Part shown: positions 18,984 to 28,966 of the stretch, piece by piece
Numbering within the stretch: position 1 is the stretch's first letter
Layout of the letters: every line of letters begins with the position of its first letter
Assembly: GCA_039030515.1 (NCBI GenBank)
Contig: JBCCEA010000023.1
Span: forward strand, 1 to 64,000
DNA from: Myxococcota bacterium
GTDB taxonomy: Bacteria; Myxococcota_A; Polyangia; Polyangiales; Houyiibacteriaceae
DNA: 64,000 bases
Direction of reading: 5' to 3'
Position numbers and translations under genes: made by a program
Notes under the pieces: model-generated
Told to the model about the DNA's origin: nothing
Databases searched by the model: none
The model's input: only the letters and a program-made list of their open reading frames with translations

Positions 18984-19906
18984 CGGTCGCTCCCGACACT
19001 TGGGAATCGGCCCTTCGAACTGGAGGCATCACGCAAGCCTTCGGCTACCGCTAGGGCTTGGTGCGTTTCGAAGACGTCATGAACCCGCACCGCAGAAACC
19101 CCACGCTCTGCCATGAGCAAGGCCAGAGCCAAGCTCCCTCCCAGACGCGACTCTACACAAGGCACTTCCGAGCCACGACGAGCAACTTCGGCGATTAGAG
19201 ACTTACGGGATGCACCTACCAGCACCGGAAAACCTGTCTTCGTCAAGATATCGATGCGAGCGAGCAATTGAAGCGACTGTGTCGAAGTCTTCGCAAAACC
19301 AACTCCCGGATCAATAACTATATTCCGGGGGTCTACTCCGACATTCGTGGCTCTTTGCACTGCCTCCATCAGCTCTGCATGTACCTCGACCTCAACTTGG
19401 CCGTAGCGCACATTCATACCTTGACACTCACCCCTACCCCGATTGTGCATCACAACCAAGTGCGCGCCATGCGCCGCCACGGTACGGAGCAATCGAACGT
19501 TCCGCGCGCAGGACACGTCGTTCACGATACATGCTCCCGCCGACAAGGCTTGCTCCGCAACCTCTGCTTTGGTCGTATCAACCGAAACAACCACATCAGA
19601 CTGCGCGAGATCTGCAATGGTCGGGATCACTCTTCTGAGTTCCTCCTTCAGTGATACCGATGAATATCCTTCACCGTAAGCATTTCCAGGTGGCCGGGTG
19701 GATTCACCTCCGACATCGACCACTGAAGCTCCCGCCTCGACTAGGCTAAGGCCGTGCTCGACCGCGGCAGTTCTATCGTAAAAGAGACCCCCATCACTGA
19801 AAGAGTCAGGTGTGACGTTCAGAACACCCCACACCTGACAGGAAGACGAAACAAACGACACGGGGCAACCTCCACCCGACGGGACACCCCGAACGGGGTC
19901 GTGCAA
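18980..19906 (-). CDS. folP: Dihydropteroate synthase
   Basis: GVLNVTPDSFSDGG, DVGGESTRP, DPGVGF, GASRKS, RVHDV. Confidence 0.97.
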   Translation of the reverse strand: MHDPVRGVPSGGGCPVSFVSSSCQVWGVLNVTPDSFSDGGLFYDRTAAVEHGLSLVEAGASVVDVGGESTRPPGNAYGEGYSSVSLKEELRRVIPTIADLAQSDVVVSVDTTKAEVAEQALSAGACIVNDVSCARNVRLLRTVAAHGAHLVVMHNRGRGECQGMNVRYGQVEVEVHAELMEAVQRATNVGVDPRNIVIDPGVGFAKTSTQSLQLLARIDILTKTGFPVLVGASRKSLIAEVARRGSEVPCVESRLGGSLALALLMAERGVSAVRVHDVFETHQALAVAEGLRDASSSKGRFPSVGSDR

Positions 19907-19908
19907 GC

Positions 19909-21843
19909 CTACCCGGTGGGAACCTGGCGAGGACGTGGCGTAAACACAGACCCCTTTTTTTGTTTCTTTTCGTCCTCTCGCTTTTGCGAATAGGAGGGGA
20001 TAACGACACGCTCCCGTTCGGGCAGTTCTCGTCCTTCCATGGCAGCCGCCAACTCTTCACTGTCCAGCGTCTCACGCTCTAAAAGCGCATTGGCAACCGT
20101 ATCCAGCTTGTCTCGATGTTCTTCGAGAAGTTGGCGAGCGCGATCGTACTGCTCCGAGATGATGCGACGAACTTCTTCGTCGATGGCTTTTGCGGTCTCT
20201 TCCGAGTAATCCTTGGACCTACTGGATACACCGAGAAAACCGGTATCCTCACGTTCCGCGTAAGCCAGGGGCCCAAGTTGCTCACTCATACCCCACTCTG
20301 TGACCATGGATCGAGCCATTTGGGTGGCCTGCCGAAAGTCGTTGGAAGCGCCGCTGGTCAACGTACCGAGAACGATTTCTTCCGCGATTCTGCCACCAAG
20401 TGCCATGGCGATCTTGTCGAGAGCATACTCCTTGGAGTAGCTCGTGCGATCTTCCTTTGGTAGCGCCATCGTCAAACCAAGCGCAGGCCCCCTGGGAATG
20501 ATGGTCACCTTATGGACCGGATCATGGTTCGGCAGCATCCATCCGAGCACTGTGTGACCGGCTTCGTGATACGCCGTCATGCGTTTCTCTCGTTCGCTGA
20601 TAACCATGGATCTCCGCTCGGAGCCCATCAGGACTTTGTCCTTAGCCATCTCGAAATCCATCATCGAAACCGAGTCTTTATCTTGGCGTGCGGCGAGAAG
20701 TGCTCCCTCATTGACCAAGTTCTCGAGATCGGCACCGCTAAATCCTGGAGAGCCACGTGCGATAATCTCCAGGTCCACATCTAGAGTCAGAGGAACTTTT
20801 CTGGTGTGCACCATCAAAATGCCTGCGCGCCCCTTGAGGTCGGGACGCGGCACTACGATGCGTCGGTCGAATCGACCAGGACGCAATATCGCAGGGTCAA
20901 GCACGTCTGGCCTATTGGTCGCAGCGATGATGATCACGCCGTCGGTCGACTCGAAACCATCCATCTCGACCAGGAGCTGATTGAGCGTCTGCTCACGCTC
21001 ATCGTGTCCTCCGCCCAGGCCGGACCCCCGATGTCGACCCACCGCGTCGATCTCGTCTATGAAAATAATGCATGGAGCATGCTTCTTGCCCTGCTCAAAT
21101 AGGTCCCGAACTCGGGATGCCCCGACGCCGACGAACATCTCCACAAAGTCCGACCCCGAAATACTGAAAAAAGGAACGCCAGCTTCACCAGCGATGGCTC
21201 TTGCGAGTAATGTTTTGCCGGTGCCTGGGGCGCCCATCAGCAAAACGCCTTTAGGAATGCGCCCTCCGAGACGCTGAAATTTCTTTGGATCCTTCAGAAA
21301 CGCGATGATCTCTTCGCAATCGTCCTTCGCTTCGTCGATACCTGCGACATCTGCAAACGTCACTTTATTTTGGGATTCGTTGAGAAGCCTCGCTCGTGAC
21401 TTGCCGAAACTCATCGCCTTCCCGCCAGAGGCTTGCAGTTGACGGAAAAAGAAAAAGAAGACCGCGAGAAGCAAAATCATCGGCAGCCAACTCAGCAAAA
21501 GCTGCGTCCAGATCCCGTTCTGATCTTCTTGGAAGTACTTAACGCGAACCTCGTGATTCAGGAACTCTGCCTCCAAAGTCTCGGTGACAACTCCGGTGGT
21601 GAGTTTCTTGTCACGAGACGCACCCTCAGTATTGGACGTCACCCAGTAACTGACGTCACTCGTGTGGTCTCGGGGTTGGATCTCAACCTTGTCGACACGT
21701 CCATTCCGAACGTCAGAAACGAAATCACTCCAAAGGACCTGCTGTGGTTGTTCCCCCTGCGCCACCAGTTTGTAGATGGCGAAAAACATCAATATCAGAC
21801 CGACCCACAGAAGAAGCGTTTTGTGGCTCTGCTTCACACACAC
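19909..21843 (-). CDS. ftsH: ATP-dependent zinc metalloprotease FtsH (start may be GTG at 21837)
   Basis: Two TMs, Walker A GAPGTGKT, Walker B FIDEID, SRH, HEAGH. Confidence 0.99.
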   Translation of the reverse strand: MCVKQSHKTLLLWVGLILMFFAIYKLVAQGEQPQQVLWSDFVSDVRNGRVDKVEIQPRDHTSDVSYWVTSNTEGASRDKKLTTGVVTETLEAEFLNHEVRVKYFQEDQNGIWTQLLLSWLPMILLLAVFFFFFRQLQASGGKAMSFGKSRARLLNESQNKVTFADVAGIDEAKDDCEEIIAFLKDPKKFQRLGGRIPKGVLLMGAPGTGKTLLARAIAGEAGVPFFSISGSDFVEMFVGVGASRVRDLFEQGKKHAPCIIFIDEIDAVGRHRGSGLGGGHDEREQTLNQLLVEMDGFESTDGVIIIAATNRPDVLDPAILRPGRFDRRIVVPRPDLKGRAGILMVHTRKVPLTLDVDLEIIARGSPGFSGADLENLVNEGALLAARQDKDSVSMMDFEMAKDKVLMGSERRSMVISEREKRMTAYHEAGHTVLGWMLPNHDPVHKVTIIPRGPALGLTMALPKEDRTSYSKEYALDKIAMALGGRIAEEIVLGTLTSGASNDFRQATQMARSMVTEWGMSEQLGPLAYAEREDTGFLGVSSRSKDYSEETAKAIDEEVRRIISEQYDRARQLLEEHRDKLDTVANALLERETLDSEELAAAMEGRELPERERVVIPSYSQKREDEKKQKKGSVFTPRPRQVPTG

Positions 21844-21936
21844 CTCGAGTTAACTGTTTTGGCTAGCATAACCACTCCAACCCATCAATCATCCACGCGA
21901 AGCAACGCATGGAGCTTTGAGTCTCTCACATCGACC

Positions 21937-22902
21937 TTACGGACGCGAGCTCCGAGACTTCGAAGACGAGCTCCGTTCGACGAGAATCTTAGGGCCGGCA
22001 ACGCGAACTACGTACCCCCGTGGGAGCAAGACGTGTCCAGTTCCTCTGAGCAGCTGCTCTATCGCGGTGCGATGCGCGCGTCCCAGAGCCATGTCGGTCC
22101 TAGATTCTACCCAGCGGCACAGTGCCCGGCTACGAACCGCAAGCGTAGTGGCCAGAAGCGCTTTTCGATCGAGTCCGTCTCCATCGGAAGCGGCGCGAAT
22201 GGCCTCCTCAACCCAGGGCTCGAACGCGGAAGCCACCGTGCTTGCTTCCTCGGCAAGGTTCGCAAGATGCTTTACGATCTCGGGATTTTCACTCTTTAGC
22301 AAAGGAAGAATTTCGTGGCGAATTCTCGCTCGGGTGAAGCGACGATCTACATTACTTGGATCGCACACCACTTCGATTGCATGGCGTCGCACATGGTCGC
22401 AAACCAGGTCTCGCGTCACATCGATAAGCGGCCGTACAACTCGGTCTGACCGTGATGGATCGATCCCACGAAGGCCTTCGAAACCAGTGCCTCGCAGAAG
22501 TCGATGAATCACCGTCTCCGCTTGATCGTCGCGCGTGTGCCCGACCGCTAAAGCGGTTGCTCCGATCGATACGGCCGTTTGATGGAGTGCTCCGTAGCGT
22601 AGATCCCTCGCGTTGGCCTGTAGCGATGCACCGGGCCCCACCTCTACTTGAAGTCCATGAAAGGGCACGTTGAGAGAGCGCGCAAACCGCTCGACCAAAG
22701 CCACCTCGTCTCTGGCATCGCTGCGAAGCCCATGGTCCACCGAGGCGATCTCTAGGGAATGACCCAAGCTCGAGCGAAGGGCAGCCAAGACGTGAGCAAG
22801 CGCCATGGAATCAGGACCTCCGGAGACCGCCACGAGTACGAGTTCACCCGGCTGGAACAGTTCACGGTGGCGAATCGTCTTGAGTACCTGTTTGAGCAGC
22901 AC
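21937..22902 (-). CDS. tilS: tRNA(Ile)-lysidine synthetase (short form)
   Basis: AVSGGPDS PP-loop, VDHGLR, GHTRDDQAET, RPL, DPSN; upstream of ftsH. Confidence 0.94.
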   Translation of the reverse strand: MLLKQVLKTIRHRELFQPGELVLVAVSGGPDSMALAHVLAALRSSLGHSLEIASVDHGLRSDARDEVALVERFARSLNVPFHGLQVEVGPGASLQANARDLRYGALHQTAVSIGATALAVGHTRDDQAETVIHRLLRGTGFEGLRGIDPSRSDRVVRPLIDVTRDLVCDHVRRHAIEVVCDPSNVDRRFTRARIRHEILPLLKSENPEIVKHLANLAEEASTVASAFEPWVEEAIRAASDGDGLDRKALLATTLAVRSRALCRWVESRTDMALGRAHRTAIEQLLRGTGHVLLPRGYVVRVAGPKILVERSSSSKSRSSRP

Positions 22903-22963
22903 CTGAAAAATTAAACCAGCTTAGCGCTTCATGGCGAACCTGATGCTCCGATCCTCAGGATTC

Positions 22964-23644
22964 CTAGAACGCGCCGGTCAAGAGAGAAAACTGGACCGCG
23001 TTTCCGCCGACCCCGTAGCGCTGCGTTTCAGCCATTGAATAAATGGGCTGAACTTCGAATCCCGGGGGCCCCAATAAAATTCCTTCTTCGGAAAATCGGA
23101 CCAAACCGCTGCCCGCGCGCGCCAACCGATCACGTCGAACCCTCTCACGCTGCAGCCGCCTCAGTTTAGAGTAGTAATCCGGATCTCCAGGCTGCGCTCC
23201 TGACGGCGAACTCGACGAAGTATCAGAACGCTCGTCATCGGGATCATACGCGATCGCTCCTATGGTGATGATTACGGTGGGCACCAGCAGCGCAAAACCG
23301 ATCGCAAGTACGGCAACCGCTGCGCCCTCGCTGTCGTTATTGTCGATTCCGTAGTAACCGCCGAGAGCTCCCCCAGCCCCTCCAAGGATCGGAAACAGGG
23401 TGAGTGCCCACGGCTGGTCGAGTCCAGCAAGCGCCGGCACAGCCAGTCCGACCTCGGCGCCGATCATTGCCAAACCGATCGTGCCCTTCGGAGTGGCCTC
23501 CACTTCCTCGCGAGACGTGAACTGCGCCTCGGCGACACGAGCCTGCAGGAGACCGAATCCGAGCGCAAAAGTCAGTCCGAAAACAAGTAGTTGGCTTAGG
23601 AGGCTGCTCTGCCGACGGCCAGCAGGCTCAAAAGTGTTGTGCAT
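22964..23644 (-). CDS. Hypothetical membrane/secreted protein with Gly-rich hydrophobic helices
   Basis: Signal-like segment ending AEAQ, GGAGGALGG helix, C-terminal LTGAF. Start taken at MHNTF, which has an SD-like GGAGAGG. Confidence 0.6.
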   Translation of the reverse strand: MHNTFEPAGRRQSSLLSQLLVFGLTFALGFGLLQARVAEAQFTSREEVEATPKGTIGLAMIGAEVGLAVPALAGLDQPWALTLFPILGGAGGALGGYYGIDNNDSEGAAVAVLAIGFALLVPTVIITIGAIAYDPDDERSDTSSSSPSGAQPGDPDYYSKLRRLQRERVRRDRLARAGSGLVRFSEEGILLGPPGFEVQPIYSMAETQRYGVGGNAVQFSLLTGAF

Positions 23645-23917
23645 TGCCTCTCCTTCAGGTTGCGGATGTTCACAACGAGGCATCGCCGATCTGAGGACGA
23701 TATGTTCGATACACGCTGGTTGAGCGTTCCCAAATCGCATGGAGTTCCGACCCCTTCATCAAGGAATACGCCCACAGTACATGGCCCGGTAGGCCCGAGC
23801 AACGGTTTGATGAATGCGGCCCCTTTGCATCGACCGGGTTTTCTCAGGCCGGCCCGATCGGAGCCACACCACCCCGAGCGACAGCAGCCGGTCTTCTGCC
23901 GGGATGCGTGGAGGGTT

Positions 23918-25876
23918 TTAAGCTCCTTGGGGACGCACTTGCGGGTGAAACGTTCCGAGCACCATCAACACAGTCAGCAATTCTCGGGCTGCGCGCTGAC
24001 CGAGTTCACCGCCCTGCACCGCCGCGCGAAGATCGTCAGCGGACTCGAAGGCCGCTCGAAGAAAACGTCGCTCCGTCTTGGTAAACCCCATACGCGGCAA
24101 AACTTCTGAAGAAAAGCGTTCGGTGTCGAGCCCACCTTCCTTTGAGCTCAGTTCGAGCCGGGCATCGAGGGCCGTCTCGATCGACATTTCGTCCCATTGT
24201 CGCGCCATCGTTCGGACTCCATCGGCAACAACCCGAAGTCTAGAGTACATCCGGCGCGCACCCCGATCTGGAGCGTGGAATTCAAAGCGATATGTTCCTT
24301 CTGAAACCGCAAAAACTTCGATAAAATCTGCGTATTCCTCGGCGGTGAAGAGCATTTCTCCATCGACAACCGGCACCCTAAAAAGCTCCTCAAGTTCAAG
24401 ACAAACCGTTCCTTGAAACTCCGGAGGCAGCAATTCCAGCAAGATCTCGACGAGACTAAAGGCATCACCGACGCGAGAAGAGGCCGAGCCCATTCGGTAG
24501 CTTAGTAACTCCTCTGCAGTGCTGGGATTTCTGATTCGGCCAGCCCGCGGAGGCGAGCTAGGTGGACGAGGCAAGGGCGACGAACCCGAGGTCTGAGAAC
24601 TCGGCTCTGGAACCGCCATCGACTCATCTGCCGGCGCACTGTCTAGGGCATCGCCCGACGCGCTGTCAGTCGCTGCGGATACGGCATCGTCTTCAGCGAT
24701 GTGGGCCACCGTTTCTCTGGATACCGAGGCATGCTCGCTTACTTCCAGGCTTGCACCAGGAACCCTAAACTCGCCGATACGCTTTTCTAAGTGCCGTCGC
24801 AGTTCCGACAGATCGAGAAGGTTCTCCTGATCTTGCGATCGCTCCGTGGCGCTCTGCGGTGCAACCACCTCGATCGGAGACTGCGCCAAATGCGCCGCAC
24901 CGAGTGCCACCGCACACGTCGGATGCATGCCGCGGACCACGGGAATCGGCTGAAACCGCCGAATCGCAGCCCGTATCTCGGGGATTCGACTGATCCCTCC
25001 GTGAATCACGAGTCCTGGCTTCGCGAGCGAGCCCAAGTTCGCACGATCAAGCGCGTCGGCCAGCGTGACTTCGATGCTGCGGGACACATGTGCGACGACA
25101 TCGGATAGATCTTCAGGATTCAAACTGAAAGCGACCTTCTCGCCCTGCTCCGAATCTAGCGAGCGAGAAATCGAACGTCCGATCGCCAGCTCTCCCTTAC
25201 CGACTGGGAGCCACAACCTCAACGCTTGGAGCATTTTGTTGTCCAGAGACGTTACTTGAGCCCGAGCGAGACCACGGACCATCAACTCCCTATCGATATG
25301 TGCTCCCCCGAGAGCAGAGCGGGCCGTGGCCCGAAGCTCCAATCGCTGAGAAGCGACTTCCACTACGCCAACGGTAACGCCCGAAGCCCCCGCGTCCAAA
25401 ACGACCGCATAGCGGAGGCCGTCCATCAACCCGGGAATTCCTGCGGCAATGCAGATCGTGTCCGGCACCAGTCGACGCACCCGAAACCCAGCCTCGGTCA
25501 CCACCACGCGAAGATTCTGCTTGAGTGATGGATCTCCAGCGTCCGGAACTGCCACCACCGCGTCTTTCGCACACACACCGCTAGTGAGATCGGACAGAAT
25601 CCGTGAAAAGAGACTGGATACAGAACCGTGCTCAGAAGGCTCGACACCGGAACCACCACGCTCCAACGGCCGCTTTAGATTCAAATAGGCACGCTCGGGG
25701 GACTTCAATGCGATTCGCTCGGCCTGTTCGCCGAATACCAATTCGCCCGCTTGTATCGCTCCGAGTGCCGGGATGCCGTCCTTTCGATGAGCGGTTCCCA
25801 AGGGTTCGAAAGAACCCCGATCGGCATAAACGGCGCGTACGGCAGTACTACCGAGGTCAACCCCTAGTACACCCAT
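23918..25876 (-). CDS. Divergent Hsp70/DnaK-like ATPase domain fused to an unknown C-terminal domain
   Basis: GVDLGST, VVAVP, VLDAGAS, LGGAHID, HGGISRIP, AVALGAA. No canonical substrate-binding domain; Pro/Ser linker. Confidence 0.78.
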   Translation of the reverse strand: MGVLGVDLGSTAVRAVYADRGSFEPLGTAHRKDGIPALGAIQAGELVFGEQAERIALKSPERAYLNLKRPLERGGSGVEPSEHGSVSSLFSRILSDLTSGVCAKDAVVAVPDAGDPSLKQNLRVVVTEAGFRVRRLVPDTICIAAGIPGLMDGLRYAVVLDAGASGVTVGVVEVASQRLELRATARSALGGAHIDRELMVRGLARAQVTSLDNKMLQALRLWLPVGKGELAIGRSISRSLDSEQGEKVAFSLNPEDLSDVVAHVSRSIEVTLADALDRANLGSLAKPGLVIHGGISRIPEIRAAIRRFQPIPVVRGMHPTCAVALGAAHLAQSPIEVVAPQSATERSQDQENLLDLSELRRHLEKRIGEFRVPGASLEVSEHASVSRETVAHIAEDDAVSAATDSASGDALDSAPADESMAVPEPSSQTSGSSPLPRPPSSPPRAGRIRNPSTAEELLSYRMGSASSRVGDAFSLVEILLELLPPEFQGTVCLELEELFRVPVVDGEMLFTAEEYADFIEVFAVSEGTYRFEFHAPDRGARRMYSRLRVVADGVRTMARQWDEMSIETALDARLELSSKEGGLDTERFSSEVLPRMGFTKTERRFLRAAFESADDLRAAVQGGELGQRAARELLTVLMVLGTFHPQVRPQGA

Positions 25877-25970
25877 TTCTCGGCCCCCGATCCCACTCTC
25901 GATTACGGTGCCATAAGGACCAAAAAGCTCCAAGCACCGAAACCGGCCCGTGACAGAAGTCTAAGAGCCG

Positions 25971-27725
25971 CTAGACGTCGTGATGACTCGTGTCCGGGTC
26001 CTCTATGCCATCTCGATACGCTCCGACACGCGCGTTCAGTACATCGACGCGAAGCTCTACTGCGCCGCCGCCCCTGTAGTTGTCGGGACGAAGGCTTCCA
26101 ATAGGCGTGATCGTTGAAGGCAAAGTGCTGCCCAGATGCCCGAGCTCGAACGCGAACGCGCGGAGACTGCCTCCACCGGCCTGCAGCTCAAGTGAGAGAT
26201 GATTGTCGCCGACCACTCGAGTAGAGACCACCTTAGCGTCGACGAGCGCTACAGTCGGTTCTCGAAACCGTTCACCCACCGGCTCGAGCGAGATCAGATC
26301 AGAAACCGCGGGTAGCATCAAGCCGACCCCGTCGATCTCAGCATCCACCAAACGCGGCTCCTCTTTGCTCGAAAACGCTGACTGATCTTTGCAGGCGTCC
26401 GTGAAGGCTGCGCGAAAGGCTTCCAGCTGTGGCTCGCTAAGAGAGAATCCGACCGCGGCATGATGCCCCCCAAACTTGGTAAGGTGCTCCCTGCAGTGGC
26501 TGATCGCCCGAAACAGATCAAAACCTTCAGGAGCTCGTCCGCTTCCGTGGCCAAGTCCTTCCTGAAAAGCCAGTACCGCAGCAGGCACTTGAAACCGGTC
26601 CACCAAACGAGCCGCGGTAATCCCCACCACTCCACGATGCCAGTCTTCCGCAGCGACGACGACACCGCCCGCAGGCATGTTCCCGTAGATATCCTCCACC
26701 TGCTTTATCGCGGCCGCAGTCACCCGCCGTTCGATAGATTTACGACGTTCGTTGATTTGCTCAATTCTCGCTGCCAAGCCGCGAGCCTGATGGATATCTC
26801 GGGCCCTTAGCAGCTCGACGACAATGCTGGGATCACCCAATCGGCCGGCCGCATTCATTCTTGGCGCGATCCGGAAGGCGATATCCGTCGCCGATACGGG
26901 CGAACCCACAGAAATTCGTGCCAGTTCGCATAAAGCCGTGACTCCCGGGCGCGCATGCGGGCTAGAGATTCTCTGCAGGCCAGCACGCACCAGTCGGCGG
27001 TTGTCCCCATCCAAAGGCGCGACATCAGCCACTGTGCCGAGAGCTACCAAATCGAGCCAGGATCTCAAATCAAGCGTCACGCCAAGACGCGTTCGAACGG
27101 CCGCCCCCAGCGAAAGCACCAACCCAGCACTCGCCAAACCCTTATAGGCAAAGCCGCAATCCGGTCGGTGAGGATTCAAAAACGCATAGGCCGGCAGGCG
27201 CTCCTCTGGCACAAGGTGATGATCCACCACGATGACGTCGACTCCCTTTGCCTGAGCTGAAGCGATGCGCTCATGGTCGGAGGAGCCACAGTCACAAGTA
27301 ACGATCAGCCCTGGACGGTGGTCCATGCACCGCTGCAAAGCAGCCGAGCTGAACCCGTAACCGCCATCGAAACGATTCGCGACGAGCGCTCGAGCATCCC
27401 CGCCCAGCGCCGTCAGGACATCGGTCAGCAGCGCAGCACTCGTCGTTCCATCGACGTCATAGTCGCCAAACACCACTACACGTTCACGACGACGGATCGC
27501 GTCTGCAATCCGGTCCGCAGCAGCATCCCGGTCTGCCATCGACTCTGGTGACGTCAGTCCGCTTAGCTTTGCCGCCAAAAAAGCTCGAGCAGAGGCTACA
27601 TCCTTAATTCCGCGATGAAGCAAAACCTGCCCGACAAACGGGCCTACCCCGCAGGATCTTGCAAGCTCGGTCGCGCGAGGAGGGTCGGACGGCCTCAACT
27701 GATACTCTGGAGTACGTTCGTTCAT
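25971..27725 (-). CDS. recJ: Single-stranded DNA-specific exonuclease RecJ
   Basis: GDYDVDG, TCDCG, VDHH, LGTVADV, APRMNAAGR, GGH. Start taken at MNERT. Confidence 0.96.
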   Translation of the reverse strand: MNERTPEYQLRPSDPPRATELARSCGVGPFVGQVLLHRGIKDVASARAFLAAKLSGLTSPESMADRDAAADRIADAIRRRERVVVFGDYDVDGTTSAALLTDVLTALGGDARALVANRFDGGYGFSSAALQRCMDHRPGLIVTCDCGSSDHERIASAQAKGVDVIVVDHHLVPEERLPAYAFLNPHRPDCGFAYKGLASAGLVLSLGAAVRTRLGVTLDLRSWLDLVALGTVADVAPLDGDNRRLVRAGLQRISSPHARPGVTALCELARISVGSPVSATDIAFRIAPRMNAAGRLGDPSIVVELLRARDIHQARGLAARIEQINERRKSIERRVTAAAIKQVEDIYGNMPAGGVVVAAEDWHRGVVGITAARLVDRFQVPAAVLAFQEGLGHGSGRAPEGFDLFRAISHCREHLTKFGGHHAAVGFSLSEPQLEAFRAAFTDACKDQSAFSSKEEPRLVDAEIDGVGLMLPAVSDLISLEPVGERFREPTVALVDAKVVSTRVVGDNHLSLELQAGGGSLRAFAFELGHLGSTLPSTITPIGSLRPDNYRGGGAVELRVDVLNARVGAYRDGIEDPDTSHHDV

Positions 27726-27748
27726 CGCTTCCAGAAGCACCAGGCGGT

Positions 27749-28963
27749 CTAGACGCGAGCCACGGCACTCTTGAAAAATCGACGGTCCATCCACTCGGTC
27801 ACCGGTGCGGCCACGTAGACAGATGAATAGGTCCCAACGAGTATCCCGATAAAGAGGGCGAAGGCAATGTCGCGTATCACTGCGGTACCCCAGATGAAAA
27901 AGGCGATCATAGAGAGCAGGGTAGTTCCCGAAGTTACGATGGTGCGGGAGAGCATCTGGGACGTGCTCACGTTGATGAGCTCGGAGAGACTGGCATCCCT
28001 GATTCGGCCCATATTCTCTCGGATTCGATCGTAGACCACGATGGTGTCGTTGATAGAGTAGCCAAGGATCGTCAGCAGTGCCGCCACAGTGGTGAGGTTC
28101 ACTTCCTTTTGGACCAAGACGTAGATTCCAAAAGTGATCACAACGTCATGCGCCATCGCCAAAACACCACCGGGAGCAAAACGGAGATCGAAGCGAAAAG
28201 CAATATAGACCATGATAAACGCGATCGCGTAGAGCATCGCCTTGATCGCTGCATCGCGAAGCTGCTGTCCGGCTCGGGGGCCGACCCACTCTACGCGCCG
28301 CGGTGTCTTCGGACCTCGCTCACCCAATTGCTCTCGCAGATCGCCAACCATCTCGTCGGCGATACCCAGTAGCTGCGCCTCGTAGCGAACATCTTCCGCA
28401 CGACCAAACGCGGACACTCCCTGAGGCCGAACTTTGGCCCCGGACGCGCGAAGAAGTCGTTCCAACTCCGACGGATCCATGGGTGCCGTGAGCTGCATCG
28501 ACAGCTTGTCTCCGCCGGGGGAAACCTGAAGGCATCCTTGGTCCCGGCATTGAAGCGCGGCCGTGCAGCCATCGGAAACGTCCGTTTCGGAGTTCGCACC
28601 GCAAGGAATCACCGATGCGCTCAACCCTTGACGAAGAGCTTCTTCGATCGAAGCAAGCGTCTCCTGACCGACCGTGGACACTTGCCTGACTCGAATCATG
28701 TACTCGTTCGCTGAGCCCTGGACGGTGACGACCTGAGCACCGGCAAATCCAAGTTCCTCGAGGGCAGAACGCAGTTCATCCGGCCCGACATCGCCCTGAA
28801 ACTGGAGTTGAAGCTCGGTGCCTCCGGCGAAATCGATACCCCAGTTGGGACCTGGAACAACCATCGAGGCCACACTCAGTGCAACCAAAGCCAAAGATGC
28901 ACCGACGATAGAGCGCCGGTGGCGCATGAAGTCGATATAGGTGCCGGGTTTCACGAATTCCAT
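27749..28963 (-). CDS. secF: Protein translocase subunit SecF
   Basis: GIDFAGG, VGP, HDV, GYSINDTIVVYDRIRE, GTYSS. Confidence 0.97.
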   Translation of the reverse strand: MEFVKPGTYIDFMRHRRSIVGASLALVALSVASMVVPGPNWGIDFAGGTELQLQFQGDVGPDELRSALEELGFAGAQVVTVQGSANEYMIRVRQVSTVGQETLASIEEALRQGLSASVIPCGANSETDVSDGCTAALQCRDQGCLQVSPGGDKLSMQLTAPMDPSELERLLRASGAKVRPQGVSAFGRAEDVRYEAQLLGIADEMVGDLREQLGERGPKTPRRVEWVGPRAGQQLRDAAIKAMLYAIAFIMVYIAFRFDLRFAPGGVLAMAHDVVITFGIYVLVQKEVNLTTVAALLTILGYSINDTIVVYDRIRENMGRIRDASLSELINVSTSQMLSRTIVTSGTTLLSMIAFFIWGTAVIRDIAFALFIGILVGTYSSVYVAAPVTEWMDRRFFKSAVARV

Positions 28964-28966
28964 AAG

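Noticed and set aside
21433..22507. Long antisense ORFs over ftsH/tilS, and similar shadow ORFs over rpoD, lepA, secD and others
   Set aside because: They lie opposite or out of frame to well-supported genes, as expected in GC-rich DNA.
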